Shown here: positions 8,318-17,287 of the stretch, one piece after another | Numbering within the stretch: position 1 is the stretch's first letter | Layout of the letters: the number at the start of each line of letters is the position of its first letter | Assembly: GCA_021790255.1 (NCBI GenBank) | Contig: JAJYIE010000001.1 | Span: 4,165 to 68,164 of the forward strand | Direction: 5' to 3' | Length of the DNA stretch: 64,000 nucleotides | DNA from: a bacterium | Lineage (GTDB): Bacteria; Patescibacteriota; Microgenomatia; Daviesbacterales; UBA10151 | Notes under the pieces: model-generated | The model's database searches: none | What the model saw: the letters and a program-made list of their open reading frames with translations, nothing else | Told to the model about the DNA's origin: nothing | Program-made: the position numbers and the translations under genes

Positions 8318-10834
8318 TTAAGCCAAAATTTGTTCCCCGGCGATAAATTTTTCTCCCTTGGGAAGTTTTCCTGCTAAAATCAGCACCGAGAGTTTCGATT
8401 CCAGAGTATCCTGTATCAGCCGACGCATCGGTCTGGCCCCCAATACCGGGTCAAATCCCCGCCTGGTCAGGGCACTAACCAATGTTTTATCAAATTCAAT
8501 CAGGAAACCCTGATCTTTGAGTTGTTTTTGCAGCTGGGTTAGCTTAATTTGTACAATCTTTTCCAAATTTTCGGGAGAAAGCGGCTTAAACAACACCACC
8601 TCATCAAAACGGTTTATAAGCTCCGGTTTAAATATTTTCAGCAATTCCTCGCTAACCGGCTTTTTCAGCTGGTCGACACTCCAGCCCTGGCTAATTCCTT
8701 CAGCAATGGTCAGGCTGGCTGCATTGGAGGTGGCAATAATTATAGTGCTGGTAAAATCAACAGTGTGGCCTGAATAATCAGTCAGTCGCCCGTCGTCCAA
8801 AACCTGCAGGAAAACCGTCAATACTTTGGAGTCGGCTTTCTCAAATTCATCCAGCAGGATCAGCGTGTAGGGCTTATGGCGCACTTCCTCAGTCAACACC
8901 CCTTCATTGCCTTCCTCACCGATCAGTCTTTTTACAGAATCCGGAGTTTGAAACTCGGACATGTCCAGTCGTAAGAAATTGCCCTCCCCCTTAAAATATA
9001 TCTCGGAGAGAATTTTGGCCAGTTCAGTTTTACCGACACCAGTAGGCCCGACAAAAAGAAATGAACCGATCGGCCGGGTTTCTTCACGGAGGTGGGCTGC
9101 AGAGCGGCGTAGCGTATTGGCCACTGCCGAAACCGCCTCTTCCTGATCAACCAATTTTTGATGGATCAGATTTTCCAGATCCAAAAGCTGCAGTTTTTGC
9201 GCGGACTGGGCTTCTCCCACCGGAATATGGGTAATCTCTTGCACCAAACTTTCCGCCGCCGCCTTCTTTATCCAACCGTTCTCTGCCCGAGGAAGAAGCT
9301 GGGCAAAAAGCTGGAGAGCAGAATCCGGCAAACAGCGGTCATGGATATAATGCGCAGAAAGTTTCACCAGCTCTTTTTGCGCCAGCAGGGTAATATGGAT
9401 ATTGCCATGCCGCTCTTTTTCCAGAGCCCGGTTTTCCAGCACATCCAGAGTTTCCTCTGGGGATGCAGGCGGCAGGTCAACTTTTACAAAAAGACGGGTG
9501 AAACTGGCGTTTTTTTCTAAAATACGGGCAAAGCTGGCCGGATCGGTTGTGGCAATAAACTGGAAATTCGATGATTCAATGTACGGCAAAAGCAGCGAAT
9601 AGGTATTGAAGGCAGTTCCGGCCTCGCCCATTCCCAAATTTTGAATTTCATCGATACACAAAATGATATCCCCACAAAACTTCACGTCTTCAAAAATATT
9701 TTTAATCCTTTCCGCCAATTCACCCTGGGTCCTAATTCCCGTAATCAGCCCGGCAATATTCAGCCTAACCAGCTTTTTGGTGGCCAGGGCCGACGGTGCA
9801 TCACCGGCAATGATGGCTTGCGCCAGGGAATCTACCAGGGTAGTGCGGCCGGAACCTGCCTCACCGACAATAACCACATTGCGCCCCTTTTCCAAAGACA
9901 ATATATCCACTACCTGTTTGACATATTGCTGTCGGCCAATGAACTCACTTGCTTCTCCGTGGGCAGCCTTAAGGGTAATGTCCTCACTGTAATTATTCAG
10001 TTCGGGTGTAGGCACAGCTGTCCAGCCCCGGTTTACCCCGCGCAGGTGACGGGTGTGAAAATCATCATCCCAAACTGCCAATAAACGATGCGCGTTGACC
10101 TTCCGTTGCCAAAACATAGCCAGATCCCGAAAATCCTGGCTTGTTAATCCCATTTTTAACAATTTGCTGTCCAAATCCGGGATACCCAAGATATAAGCCA
10201 AAAAGAAGTGGCCGGCCGAAAGATAAGGAGCCTCTGTCTGCTTTCCGAGATCCCATGCCAGGCTAATCATCTGATCAAAGGAAGGGAGAGGAACCAGAGT
10301 AGCCAGACCGCCCGGGGTAAGTTCCAGATAAAATAGCATTTCTAAAACCTCCCGGTTTTTCAGCAGGCGGGCAAAATCTATCTCTTCTTTTTTGACCAAG
10401 CTACAGGCAAAAACCTCATCGGCATTTTTGATCTGTTTCACCTTTTTGTGGGGGGCGCTGACTACATGGTAGAAAAACAGTCCCAGGCCCAGCAGCACCA
10501 GCACTTTTGCCACTATTCCCGCTTCTTCGGGAACCATCACCGCTGCCACTGGCAGGAGCCACCATATTACTGCCAGAGTCAGCATTATGACAGAAACCGC
10601 AAACATCACCAGCAGGCCGAAAATTACCCGGAACATCCGGAAGCTGAAGCTCATAACCAGCCCGACGAAGGTCCGGTCATGAAAAAGCGGTTTAAACAGC
10701 AGGCGCAGCATCAGCCTTACTGCCAGGTCTTCTTCAAAAACAGCGAGGGTGTTGCGCCAGGAGCGCAGGAAGATAAAAAAACTTTCCTCAAACCAAAAAC
10801 GCAGCAAATGGACAGGCAAGTCAAGATAGTTCAT
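8318..10834 (-). CDS. Clp/Hsp100 double AAA+ ATPase with N-terminal transmembrane segments
   Basis: GEAGSGRT/IDEIQ first module; GPTGVGKTELAK, LDEFEKA, PELINRFD, GARPMRR second module; hydrophobic N-terminal helices. Confidence 0.9.
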   Translation of the reverse strand: MNYLDLPVHLLRFWFEESFFIFLRSWRNTLAVFEEDLAVRLMLRLLFKPLFHDRTFVGLVMSFSFRMFRVIFGLLVMFAVSVIMLTLAVIWWLLPVAAVMVPEEAGIVAKVLVLLGLGLFFYHVVSAPHKKVKQIKNADEVFACSLVKKEEIDFARLLKNREVLEMLFYLELTPGGLATLVPLPSFDQMISLAWDLGKQTEAPYLSAGHFFLAYILGIPDLDSKLLKMGLTSQDFRDLAMFWQRKVNAHRLLAVWDDDFHTRHLRGVNRGWTAVPTPELNNYSEDITLKAAHGEASEFIGRQQYVKQVVDILSLEKGRNVVIVGEAGSGRTTLVDSLAQAIIAGDAPSALATKKLVRLNIAGLITGIRTQGELAERIKNIFEDVKFCGDIILCIDEIQNLGMGEAGTAFNTYSLLLPYIESSNFQFIATTDPASFARILEKNASFTRLFVKVDLPPASPEETLDVLENRALEKERHGNIHITLLAQKELVKLSAHYIHDRCLPDSALQLFAQLLPRAENGWIKKAAAESLVQEITHIPVGEAQSAQKLQLLDLENLIHQKLVDQEEAVSAVANTLRRSAAHLREETRPIGSFLFVGPTGVGKTELAKILSEIYFKGEGNFLRLDMSEFQTPDSVKRLIGEEGNEGVLTEEVRHKPYTLILLDEFEKADSKVLTVFLQVLDDGRLTDYSGHTVDFTSTIIIATSNAASLTIAEGISQGWSVDQLKKPVSEELLKIFKPELINRFDEVVLFKPLSPENLEKIVQIKLTQLQKQLKDQGFLIEFDKTLVSALTRRGFDPVLGARPMRRLIQDTLESKLSVLILAGKLPKGEKFIAGEQILA

Positions 10835-10862
10835 GCGTTTAGTAATTAGTACCAACCTCTGA

Positions 10863-11222
10863 TTATTGGACTCTCACCAGATTCCCGTTGGTGTCAAGTT
10901 CAACAAAATGTTTAGCCCTCCCTTCCAGGTAAGCCGGGCACTGGTTTTGCGGTAGATCATCCATGGGTTCCCGGGGGCTGTGGACAATGTCCACCACCCA
11001 CCCCGGCATCAAATCATTGGTCAGACACGGCCCGTTGTCCATGCTCATACCCCCTGCTGCACGCTTTTTATATAGATCCACGGCAGCGGCTATTACTTCC
11101 CGCTCAGAAATTTTTCCCGTATCAATAGCAGGACGGGCTTCCAATTTTAAGACCGCTGCAGTCACTATTCCTACCCAAAACAGAGCCAGCCAAAAAATTA
11201 CTACCTTTCTTTTCTTAAACAT
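10863..11222 (-). CDS. Small single-TM hypothetical protein with a Cys pair
   Basis: N-terminal TM; GPCL...NQC; co-oriented just upstream of the Clp ATPase. Confidence 0.75.
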   Translation of the reverse strand: MFKKRKVVIFWLALFWVGIVTAAVLKLEARPAIDTGKISEREVIAAAVDLYKKRAAGGMSMDNGPCLTNDLMPGWVVDIVHSPREPMDDLPQNQCPAYLEGRAKHFVELDTNGNLVRVQ

Positions 11223-11280
11223 AGTTTGCGACTATCTCTTAAGCAAAGCTTACGAGGATTTCATCCTCTTAATTACAATT

Positions 11281-11499
11281 TTAGCAGGTTTTGACATAAT
11301 TTCCTCCACCAAGGTTTTTAACCGCCCCGATAATCTCCATTTTAATGAGCGCGGCCGAAACGCCGGCTACGGGCACCTTCAGCTCCCGGCAAATTTCGTC
11401 AACATGCTTACCATCCCCGACTAAACATTCCAAAACCTCTTGTTCCATCTTTGACAGGTTCCCGCTTTTTACTTTTAATTTATTACTTTTTACTTTACT
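11281..11499 (-). pseudogene. dprA: DprA C-terminal winged-helix coding segment, in frame behind a TAG
   Basis: Same frame as 11500..12372: SKVKSNKLKVKSGNLSKMEQEVLECLVGDGKHVDEICRELKVPVAGVSAALIKMEIIGAVKNLGGGNYVKTC*. Confidence 0.85.
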
Positions 11500-12372
11500 C
11501 TACCCAAGATCTTCAAATATCTCTCCCGCGTCCGTCACCAGCCTGGCTCCCTGCTTAATCAACATTGAAGGACCGAAGGATACTTCCGAGGTAATTGGCC
11601 CAGGCACAGCAAACACCTCTCTTCCTTGTTCAAGGGCATCTTTGGCAGTAATAAGCGATCCTGAATCCTCAGCAGCTTCAGTTACCAAAACTGCTTGGGA
11701 CAATCCGGAGATAATGCGGTTGCGGGCAGGAAAATTGCCGGGCAAAGATGGTTCATCGGGAGCAAACTCACTGATTAAAGCTCCTCCGCCATCAGCTATA
11801 CGATGAGCAAGGGCCAAATTTTCCGGCGGGAAAATTTTTTTTAAACCCCCACCCAAAACGGCCAGAGTTCGGCCTCCTGCTTCCAGAGCCACCCGGTGTG
11901 CCTCACTATCCACCCCACGGGCCAGACCTGAAACAACAGTTACCCCGGCCTCAGAAAGTCCGCGGGTCAGCTTCTCTGTAACCAGCTGCCCATAGCCAGT
12001 AATTTTGCGGGTACCTACAACGGCAACCGCCTTTTCATCTTCAGGCAAAGTCTGTCCGCGCACATATAAAACCACCGGCGGGTCATAAATCTCTTTTAAA
12101 AGTCGGGGGTAGTTTTCATCGAAAATGGTCAGCCAACCGATGCCAGCCTTTTCCACATCTTCCTGGTATTTTTGGGGGTCAAGTTTCCTGCGGGTTTCTA
12201 AAACGAGCGCTACCACATTTTTCGGTAGGCCGATTCGCGCCAGCTCGCGTCCGTCTGCTTCCCAGGCCAGCTTAGGATCCCCGAAATAATCCAGCACTGC
12301 CTTCAGCCTGATCGGCCCCAGACCCTTGATTGAGTGTAGCGCTAAAAGATACTCAGTATTACTAGTACTCAT
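11500..12372 (-). CDS. dprA: DNA processing protein DprA (ends at a premature-looking TAG)
   Basis: AVVGTR, VSGLARGVD, FPARNRIISGLS, SGSLITA, VFAVPG. Confidence 0.95.
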   Translation of the reverse strand: MSTSNTEYLLALHSIKGLGPIRLKAVLDYFGDPKLAWEADGRELARIGLPKNVVALVLETRRKLDPQKYQEDVEKAGIGWLTIFDENYPRLLKEIYDPPVVLYVRGQTLPEDEKAVAVVGTRKITGYGQLVTEKLTRGLSEAGVTVVSGLARGVDSEAHRVALEAGGRTLAVLGGGLKKIFPPENLALAHRIADGGGALISEFAPDEPSLPGNFPARNRIISGLSQAVLVTEAAEDSGSLITAKDALEQGREVFAVPGPITSEVSFGPSMLIKQGARLVTDAGEIFEDLG

Positions 12373-12426
12373 AAAATTCAGATTGTCTACCTCACCTTCA
12401 GAAATCTATCAACCATTATAATCTTC

Positions 12427-12456
12427 CCAAAACATTCTCGATCGAGAATGTTTTGG
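12427..12456. repeat. Perfect 30-bp palindrome CCAAAACATTCTCGATCGAGAATGTTTTGG
   Basis: Read directly; lies 1 nt beyond the stop of 12458..12934. Confidence 0.95.
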
Positions 12457-12457
12457 A

Positions 12458-12934
12458 CTAAGCTTTGATTGTTTTTGACTCCATAACAGTAACCCATTCC
12501 CCAATTCCCACCTGATTTATATAATCTTTCAATACTACCCGACAATCTTTCTTGCTGGCCCAAACACTCTTTTGAATCATTGTGAAACCTAGAAGTTTCA
12601 GTTGATGGCGAAAAAGATCACGAGCCTTTCGTCTTTTTTCAGGAATATCCCAGATTACTAACCGCCATTTTCCATCCCATACCTCGTCATCCTGTCTCAT
12701 CTTAATTCGCAGAGCTTGGCTTTTCCCTTGGTCTGTTAACCTCAATGCCAGCTCTTGACCGGTTAAAAGCTCCACGAAACCTTTTTCTCTTAGCCTCTTT
12801 AAAGCTTTCGCTAGAGTAGATTTCTTGACTTCCCTCATCCCCTGAGCATATAAACTGGGGTTATAAGCAAAATCCTCAATTAGGATATATCCATCTACCG
12901 ACTTCTCGAGCGCTAACAGCATCAGCTTTGACAA
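12458..12934 (-). CDS. PaaX-like protein (winged helix plus Cas2-like domain)
   Basis: ALKRLREKGFV...LTDQG wHTH; WDGKWRLVIWDIPE...LGFTMIQKSVW matches the PaaX central Cas2-like domain. Confidence 0.85.
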   Translation of the reverse strand: MSKLMLLALEKSVDGYILIEDFAYNPSLYAQGMREVKKSTLAKALKRLREKGFVELLTGQELALRLTDQGKSQALRIKMRQDDEVWDGKWRLVIWDIPEKRRKARDLFRHQLKLLGFTMIQKSVWASKKDCRVVLKDYINQVGIGEWVTVMESKTIKA

Positions 12935-12968
12935 ACTATCTTTTCGATCAAATCTTGCTACTTAAGTC

Positions 12969-13000
12969 CATTATATTCTCGATCGAGAATATAATGTCAA
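12969..13000 (-). promoter_or_regulatory. Consensus TTGACA-N19-TATAAT promoter overlaid by a perfect 28-bp palindrome (12969-12996)
   Basis: Minus strand reads TTGACA TTATATTCTCGATCGAGAA TATAAT G. Confidence 0.8.
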
Positions 13001-13069
13001 TATTTGCGCGATATCTTCTTCTGTCTATTACCGATTTCTTTTTCAGGCAGCTTAATGTAAAATAGGCCA

Positions 13070-13615
13070 ATGGAATTTTTAAAATTTGCTTCCACGATTG
13101 GTAATCTAAAAAAAATTGAACGGACCGGTTGGGTTAAAAATAATCTTCCTAACCCCGAAAGCGTAGCCGACCACATCTTTAGGGTTGCTGTAATGGCGAT
13201 GGTCCTGGCACCAAAATTGAAAGTTGACCAAAATAAGGTGGTTAAAATGGCTTTGGTTCATGATCTGGCGGAGTCCACTGTCGGTGATTTAGTTCTCGAC
13301 GGTAAATACGCCAATGTTAGCCCGGAGGAGAAAGCTCAGAAAGAGGCAGCGGCACTAAATGAATTGCTCTCACTCATCGATTCCTCTGAAGAATACCAAC
13401 AACTCTTTGTCAAATATGAGGCAGGCAATACCCCAGAGGCAAAATTTGTCAGAAACATTGACCGGCTGGAGATGCTGCTACAGGCTGCAGAATATGAGAA
13501 GGAGTTTTCCACGGTTGATTTAAGTAATCATTTTGAAACGACTATACCTAAAATTGTTGACCCCAAGCTGCAGTCGTTACTGCAACAAATTATCAAGATG
13601 CGCTCAAGTAAGTAG
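13070..13615 (+). CDS. HD-domain hydrolase (YfbR/HDDC2-like 5'-deoxynucleotidase)
   Basis: LKKIERTGW, ESVADH, ALVHDLAE, DRLEMLLQA. Confidence 0.88.
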   Translation: MEFLKFASTIGNLKKIERTGWVKNNLPNPESVADHIFRVAVMAMVLAPKLKVDQNKVVKMALVHDLAESTVGDLVLDGKYANVSPEEKAQKEAAALNELLSLIDSSEEYQQLFVKYEAGNTPEAKFVRNIDRLEMLLQAAEYEKEFSTVDLSNHFETTIPKIVDPKLQSLLQQIIKMRSSK

Positions 13616-13749
13616 TAGTATTTTATTTGTCACTCTGAATTTCACTCCTTCATCCTACCATACCAGCAGGACAAGGGTTTGACTTCATCTACGGGATCCG
13701 CCAACGCTTCGCTCGCAGGGCTAAGTTAGGAATTTACTAGAAGATAGCC

Positions 13750-15603
13750 TTACTCCCCCAGCGCCTTTGCTGAAGCTGTGGCCACCGGCGCCACATCAAA
13801 GTTTTTCACATGGTTTTTATCCGGGCTGAAATACCAGGAATAGATATTTTTTACAATCGGGGCAGCAATATTTGATCCTTCCCCTGCCCCTTCAACCAAA
13901 ACCGTTGCCGTAATTTGGGGACTTTTTGCCGGGGCATAAGAAGTATACCAGGCATGGGTTGCCCCTTTGGGATCACCGAACTCCGCCGTACCGGTTTTCC
14001 CAGCCGTGGGGATGGAAAAGTTAAAAAAAGGCCATGCTGTGCCGCCCTGCGACGGCACCAGCGCCAGCCCCTGCTTCACTAAACCCAAATCAGATTGGCG
14101 GAAGATATTTTGCACCAGAGGACTGAAGCTAAACTTTTTGACCCCGCTGCCATCCGGATCAGTAATCCGGATGGCCAGGTGGGGCTGGTACAGCTTTCCG
14201 TTTGCCGCCACAAACGACGTTTCACCCATAATCTGCAATGGGGTGGCCAAAACATAGCCCTGGCCGATCGCCATATGCAGTGTGTCACCCGGATACCAAA
14301 CCTGCCCCACACTAGCCTGCTTCCACTCATCAGTCGGAATCAATCCGTCCGCTTCCCCAGGCAGATCAACACCCAACTTTTTGCCGAAACCAATTTCTGT
14401 GGCAACCTCACCCAGTTTCTTTTCGCCGATCACTTCTCCGACATTATAGAAGTAGACGTCGTTTGAGCGCTGCAGCGCCCGGATCATGTTAATCCAGCCC
14501 TCCGTTTTGCCGTATTCAGTAAAGTACCAGTTGGCAAATGAATAAGGACCAAGCTTCATCACTCCGGTATCGTCAAACTCCGTTTGGGAATTAATTTTGC
14601 CGGATGAAAGGCCGGCCAAAGCAGTGGCAATTTTAAAAGTCGATCCGGGCGGATAGGTACCGGCGATAACCCGGTTTAAAAGCGGCGAGTTGGGATCGTT
14701 GAAATATGCAGATACTTCATCATTGCGTTTCGGATCAGTGAAAGCGTTCGGGTCAAAGGAAGGGTAAGAGGCCATCGCCAATATCCCGCCGGTATTGGGA
14801 TCCTCCACCACCGCCGCCCCGCAACAGCTTTTGGCTCGCTGTACCCCCTGTTTTAAATCATCGTAAACAGTTTTTTGCAGATCAGCGTCAATTGACAGGT
14901 AAATATTATGCCCCGGGATCGGGTCAATAGTACGAAGAGTCCGCAGCTTTTTCCCTGAAGCATCGACTTCAATCACCTCTGCCCCATCTGTCCCCCGCAG
15001 CTCAGCCTCATAAATCTGCTCTATTCCGGAGCGGCCGACACGGTCGCCGACACGGTAACCACTGTACTGTGGCAGCTTCAGCTCATTCTCACTAATCTGG
15101 CCGACGTAGCCTAAAATATGGGCGGTCTGTTCACCCATGGGGTAATAACGGATAGCATCAATTTCCAGATCATTAAAACGCGGGTCATTGTTTGCTTCCA
15201 GGGCTAAGGCCTCATCTCTACTGATAAACTGTTTTCCCAATCTAAATCCCGGATTTGTTTCCGCTAAAACTTTACCGTTTCGATCGAAGATAACCCCGCG
15301 GGGAGCGTGAATTATGCGCAGTTGAATTCGGTTGGAGTCAGCCAGCTCGCGGTTTTCCTGCCCCTGGACAATCTGCAGATGGAAAAGCCGCAGGAATAAC
15401 CCGAAAAAGGCCAGCAAAAAAATGCAGCTTAAAAAAACCAGCCTCCATGAGGAAACCGGAGTAGCAATCTCCCGCGGAATGAAATTCGGGATCAGTGTTT
15501 CCCGCCACTCCTCCTCCTGCCTGCCCTTATTCGGTCGTCCCGACAGGCCGGCATTCGTGAGCTCCCCGGGAAAAGCCAACCCTAAACTCTTTCTTCTTCT
15601 CAT
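13750..15603 (-). CDS. mrdA: Penicillin-binding protein 2
   Basis: APRGVIFDRNG, SxxK (PGSTFK), SxD (SNDVYFY), KTG (AGKTGTAE); follows mreCD. Confidence 0.92.
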   Translation of the reverse strand: MRRRKSLGLAFPGELTNAGLSGRPNKGRQEEEWRETLIPNFIPREIATPVSSWRLVFLSCIFLLAFFGLFLRLFHLQIVQGQENRELADSNRIQLRIIHAPRGVIFDRNGKVLAETNPGFRLGKQFISRDEALALEANNDPRFNDLEIDAIRYYPMGEQTAHILGYVGQISENELKLPQYSGYRVGDRVGRSGIEQIYEAELRGTDGAEVIEVDASGKKLRTLRTIDPIPGHNIYLSIDADLQKTVYDDLKQGVQRAKSCCGAAVVEDPNTGGILAMASYPSFDPNAFTDPKRNDEVSAYFNDPNSPLLNRVIAGTYPPGSTFKIATALAGLSSGKINSQTEFDDTGVMKLGPYSFANWYFTEYGKTEGWINMIRALQRSNDVYFYNVGEVIGEKKLGEVATEIGFGKKLGVDLPGEADGLIPTDEWKQASVGQVWYPGDTLHMAIGQGYVLATPLQIMGETSFVAANGKLYQPHLAIRITDPDGSGVKKFSFSPLVQNIFRQSDLGLVKQGLALVPSQGGTAWPFFNFSIPTAGKTGTAEFGDPKGATHAWYTSYAPAKSPQITATVLVEGAGEGSNIAAPIVKNIYSWYFSPDKNHVKNFDVAPVATASAKALGE

Positions 15604-15604
15604 T

Positions 15605-16066
15605 CTAATCTTTTAGTTTCAAGCGGAGTTCTTTTTGTGGTATAAACCGCTCTTCCCAAAAACGAACCAAAAAGTAGGCCGGTAAAATAAGTAGTGCTGA
15701 TAAAAACCACCACAAAAAGACAAATCCGGAAAAAATACCTGCTCCACTTAAAAAATTACGCAACAGGCTCTCTGCAAAGAGTGCCAGTAGTACTATGGGA
15801 AGAGATAGACTCCAGTGGGAGAAAAAATCAACCTTTTTTACCATGTTAACTAAAGCCAGCGCCACCAGATAAAACAAGCTCAAACTTCCCAACGGTAGAT
15901 TGGCCAGAAAGGAAACCAGCAAACCCAGACCAAATGCCAGGTAAATGTTTAAGTCATCATCGGTTATCAGAAAGCGCACCACCAAGACCAAACCCACCAG
16001 ATCAACAGGCAAAAATACCGCCTGAAAAAAAGCCAGCGCCAAAAGTACCGCTATTGATATTCTCAT
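15605..16066 (-). CDS. mreD: MreD-like membrane protein
   Basis: Fully hydrophobic ~150 aa between mreC and mrdA; call is mainly positional. Confidence 0.65.
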   Translation of the reverse strand: MRISIAVLLALAFFQAVFLPVDLVGLVLVVRFLITDDDLNIYLAFGLGLLVSFLANLPLGSLSLFYLVALALVNMVKKVDFFSHWSLSLPIVLLALFAESLLRNFLSGAGIFSGFVFLWWFLSALLILPAYFLVRFWEERFIPQKELRLKLKD

Positions 16067-16118
16067 TGTTTCTACAAGAGGATACCCCGATCGAAAGATC
16101 ACGGGTAAACTCATTTTT

Positions 16119-16910
16119 TCAAGGATTCTCTATAACAAAAACATTATCCAGATCCGCCACATCCCAGAGCGGTTTTACCTGGGCTTGTTTGAAAACACCA
16201 TTGGTGTTTTCAAACACCCTGCTCACTTGACCGACAATCAACCCTCTGGGCAACTTGTCCTCTGTGCCCTCCGTATACACAATGTCGCCTGCCGCGATAT
16301 TTTCCTGGTGTAAAATCTTATCCATTAAAATATCTGAACTGAATTGCCCCAGTAAAATCCCCTTGGCCCGGCCGCCAGTGTTTTGCGAAAAAACGGCGAT
16401 CTTGCTGTCCGGATCCTGCGGTAATATAACTTGACTGCTTTTTAGACTCACCTGCTTTATTTGTCCCACCAGGCTGTCTTCAAACACCACTGCCTCATCA
16501 GCTTTAATTCCGTTTTCTGATCCCTTATTTATAATAAGGTAGCGGCCGGAGCTTATCACCTTTGCCAAAATCATCTGATAAGTGGAAGCGCTCAGCTTTT
16601 GATATTGGATACCCAATACCTGGTCTTCTGCCAGTTGGCTGCGAAGTTTACTGTTTTCTGCCATAAGCTGGGACATTTGCATCTTTAAGGCCTTATTTTC
16701 CTGGGTGGCTGTACGGACCGCTGCCAGGTAATCCCACTGCTTGCCTAGAGAGCGGCCAGTCCGGTAAAGGCCATACTCAATCGGCAAGCTGACGTTTTGC
16801 AGCATACCTTTAGGCCAGTTTAAAACATTTAATCCGTCCAAAAGCAACAACAGTAAAGAAAGAATTGTTAAGGATAAAAGAAGCCCGGTGTTGACGGTCA
16901 AAGCCCTCAT
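16119..16910 (-). CDS. mreC: Rod shape-determining protein MreC
   Basis: TM, coiled coil, IINKGSENGI, PRGLIVGQV, FKQAQVKP. Confidence 0.92.
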   Translation of the reverse strand: MRALTVNTGLLLSLTILSLLLLLLDGLNVLNWPKGMLQNVSLPIEYGLYRTGRSLGKQWDYLAAVRTATQENKALKMQMSQLMAENSKLRSQLAEDQVLGIQYQKLSASTYQMILAKVISSGRYLIINKGSENGIKADEAVVFEDSLVGQIKQVSLKSSQVILPQDPDSKIAVFSQNTGGRAKGILLGQFSSDILMDKILHQENIAAGDIVYTEGTEDKLPRGLIVGQVSRVFENTNGVFKQAQVKPLWDVADLDNVFVIENP

Positions 16911-16948
16911 CGCAGCTACTATACCATATCCGCGGAAGTGGCAAAAGC

Positions 16949-17287
16949 TTAGTCCGGCGTGAGTGATACCCAGGAGGCAACCGATCGAAAAGAGCTGATT
17001 TCTGTCGGGGTCTGCGGCTTACCTTCTCCGCAGTTTAAGCGCAGAAAAAATTGCCCCAGTTCGCTGCAGGAATTTAGCCAATGCGAATCAATGTAATTAT
17101 GGGCAATACTTCTCGAAGCACCTTGGTTATTCCATACCTCACCCCATTTTTCCGCTATCATGATGATCCGATCAAATGAATGTTCTCCAATCAGGTGCAG
17201 GCCCAGGTAATGCAACCCTGCGCCGGAATCGGTAATTATACCCGGTGGCAGGTTAAACTCCCTTAAAACCTGCTTAAAGTTACGCAT
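16949..17287 (-). CDS. Hypothetical protein, possibly a frameshifted remnant
   Basis: 112-aa ORF; an upstream ATG at 17370 opens a 35-codon ORF in another frame. Confidence 0.4.
   Translation of the reverse strand: MRNFKQVLREFNLPPGIITDSGAGLHYLGLHLIGEHSFDRIIMIAEKWGEVWNNQGASRSIAHNYIDSHWLNSCSELGQFFLRLNCGEGKPQTPTEISSFRSVASWVSLTPD

Noticed and set aside
11500-11502. Genome-wide stop-codon reassignment
   Set aside because: TAG ends mreB, iscS and rpmB at normal-looking C-termini, TGA ends dut and topA, and no other recognisable gene shows an internal stop
12427-12996. CRISPR-Cas locus suggested by the Cas2-like domain and palindromic repeats
   Set aside because: Only two copies 541 bp apart enclosing a gene; no repeat-spacer periodicity and no cas1 or effector genes
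13616-13749. Possible REP remnant (GCTTCGCTCGCA) between convergent genes
   Set aside because: Too short and no convincing complementary arm
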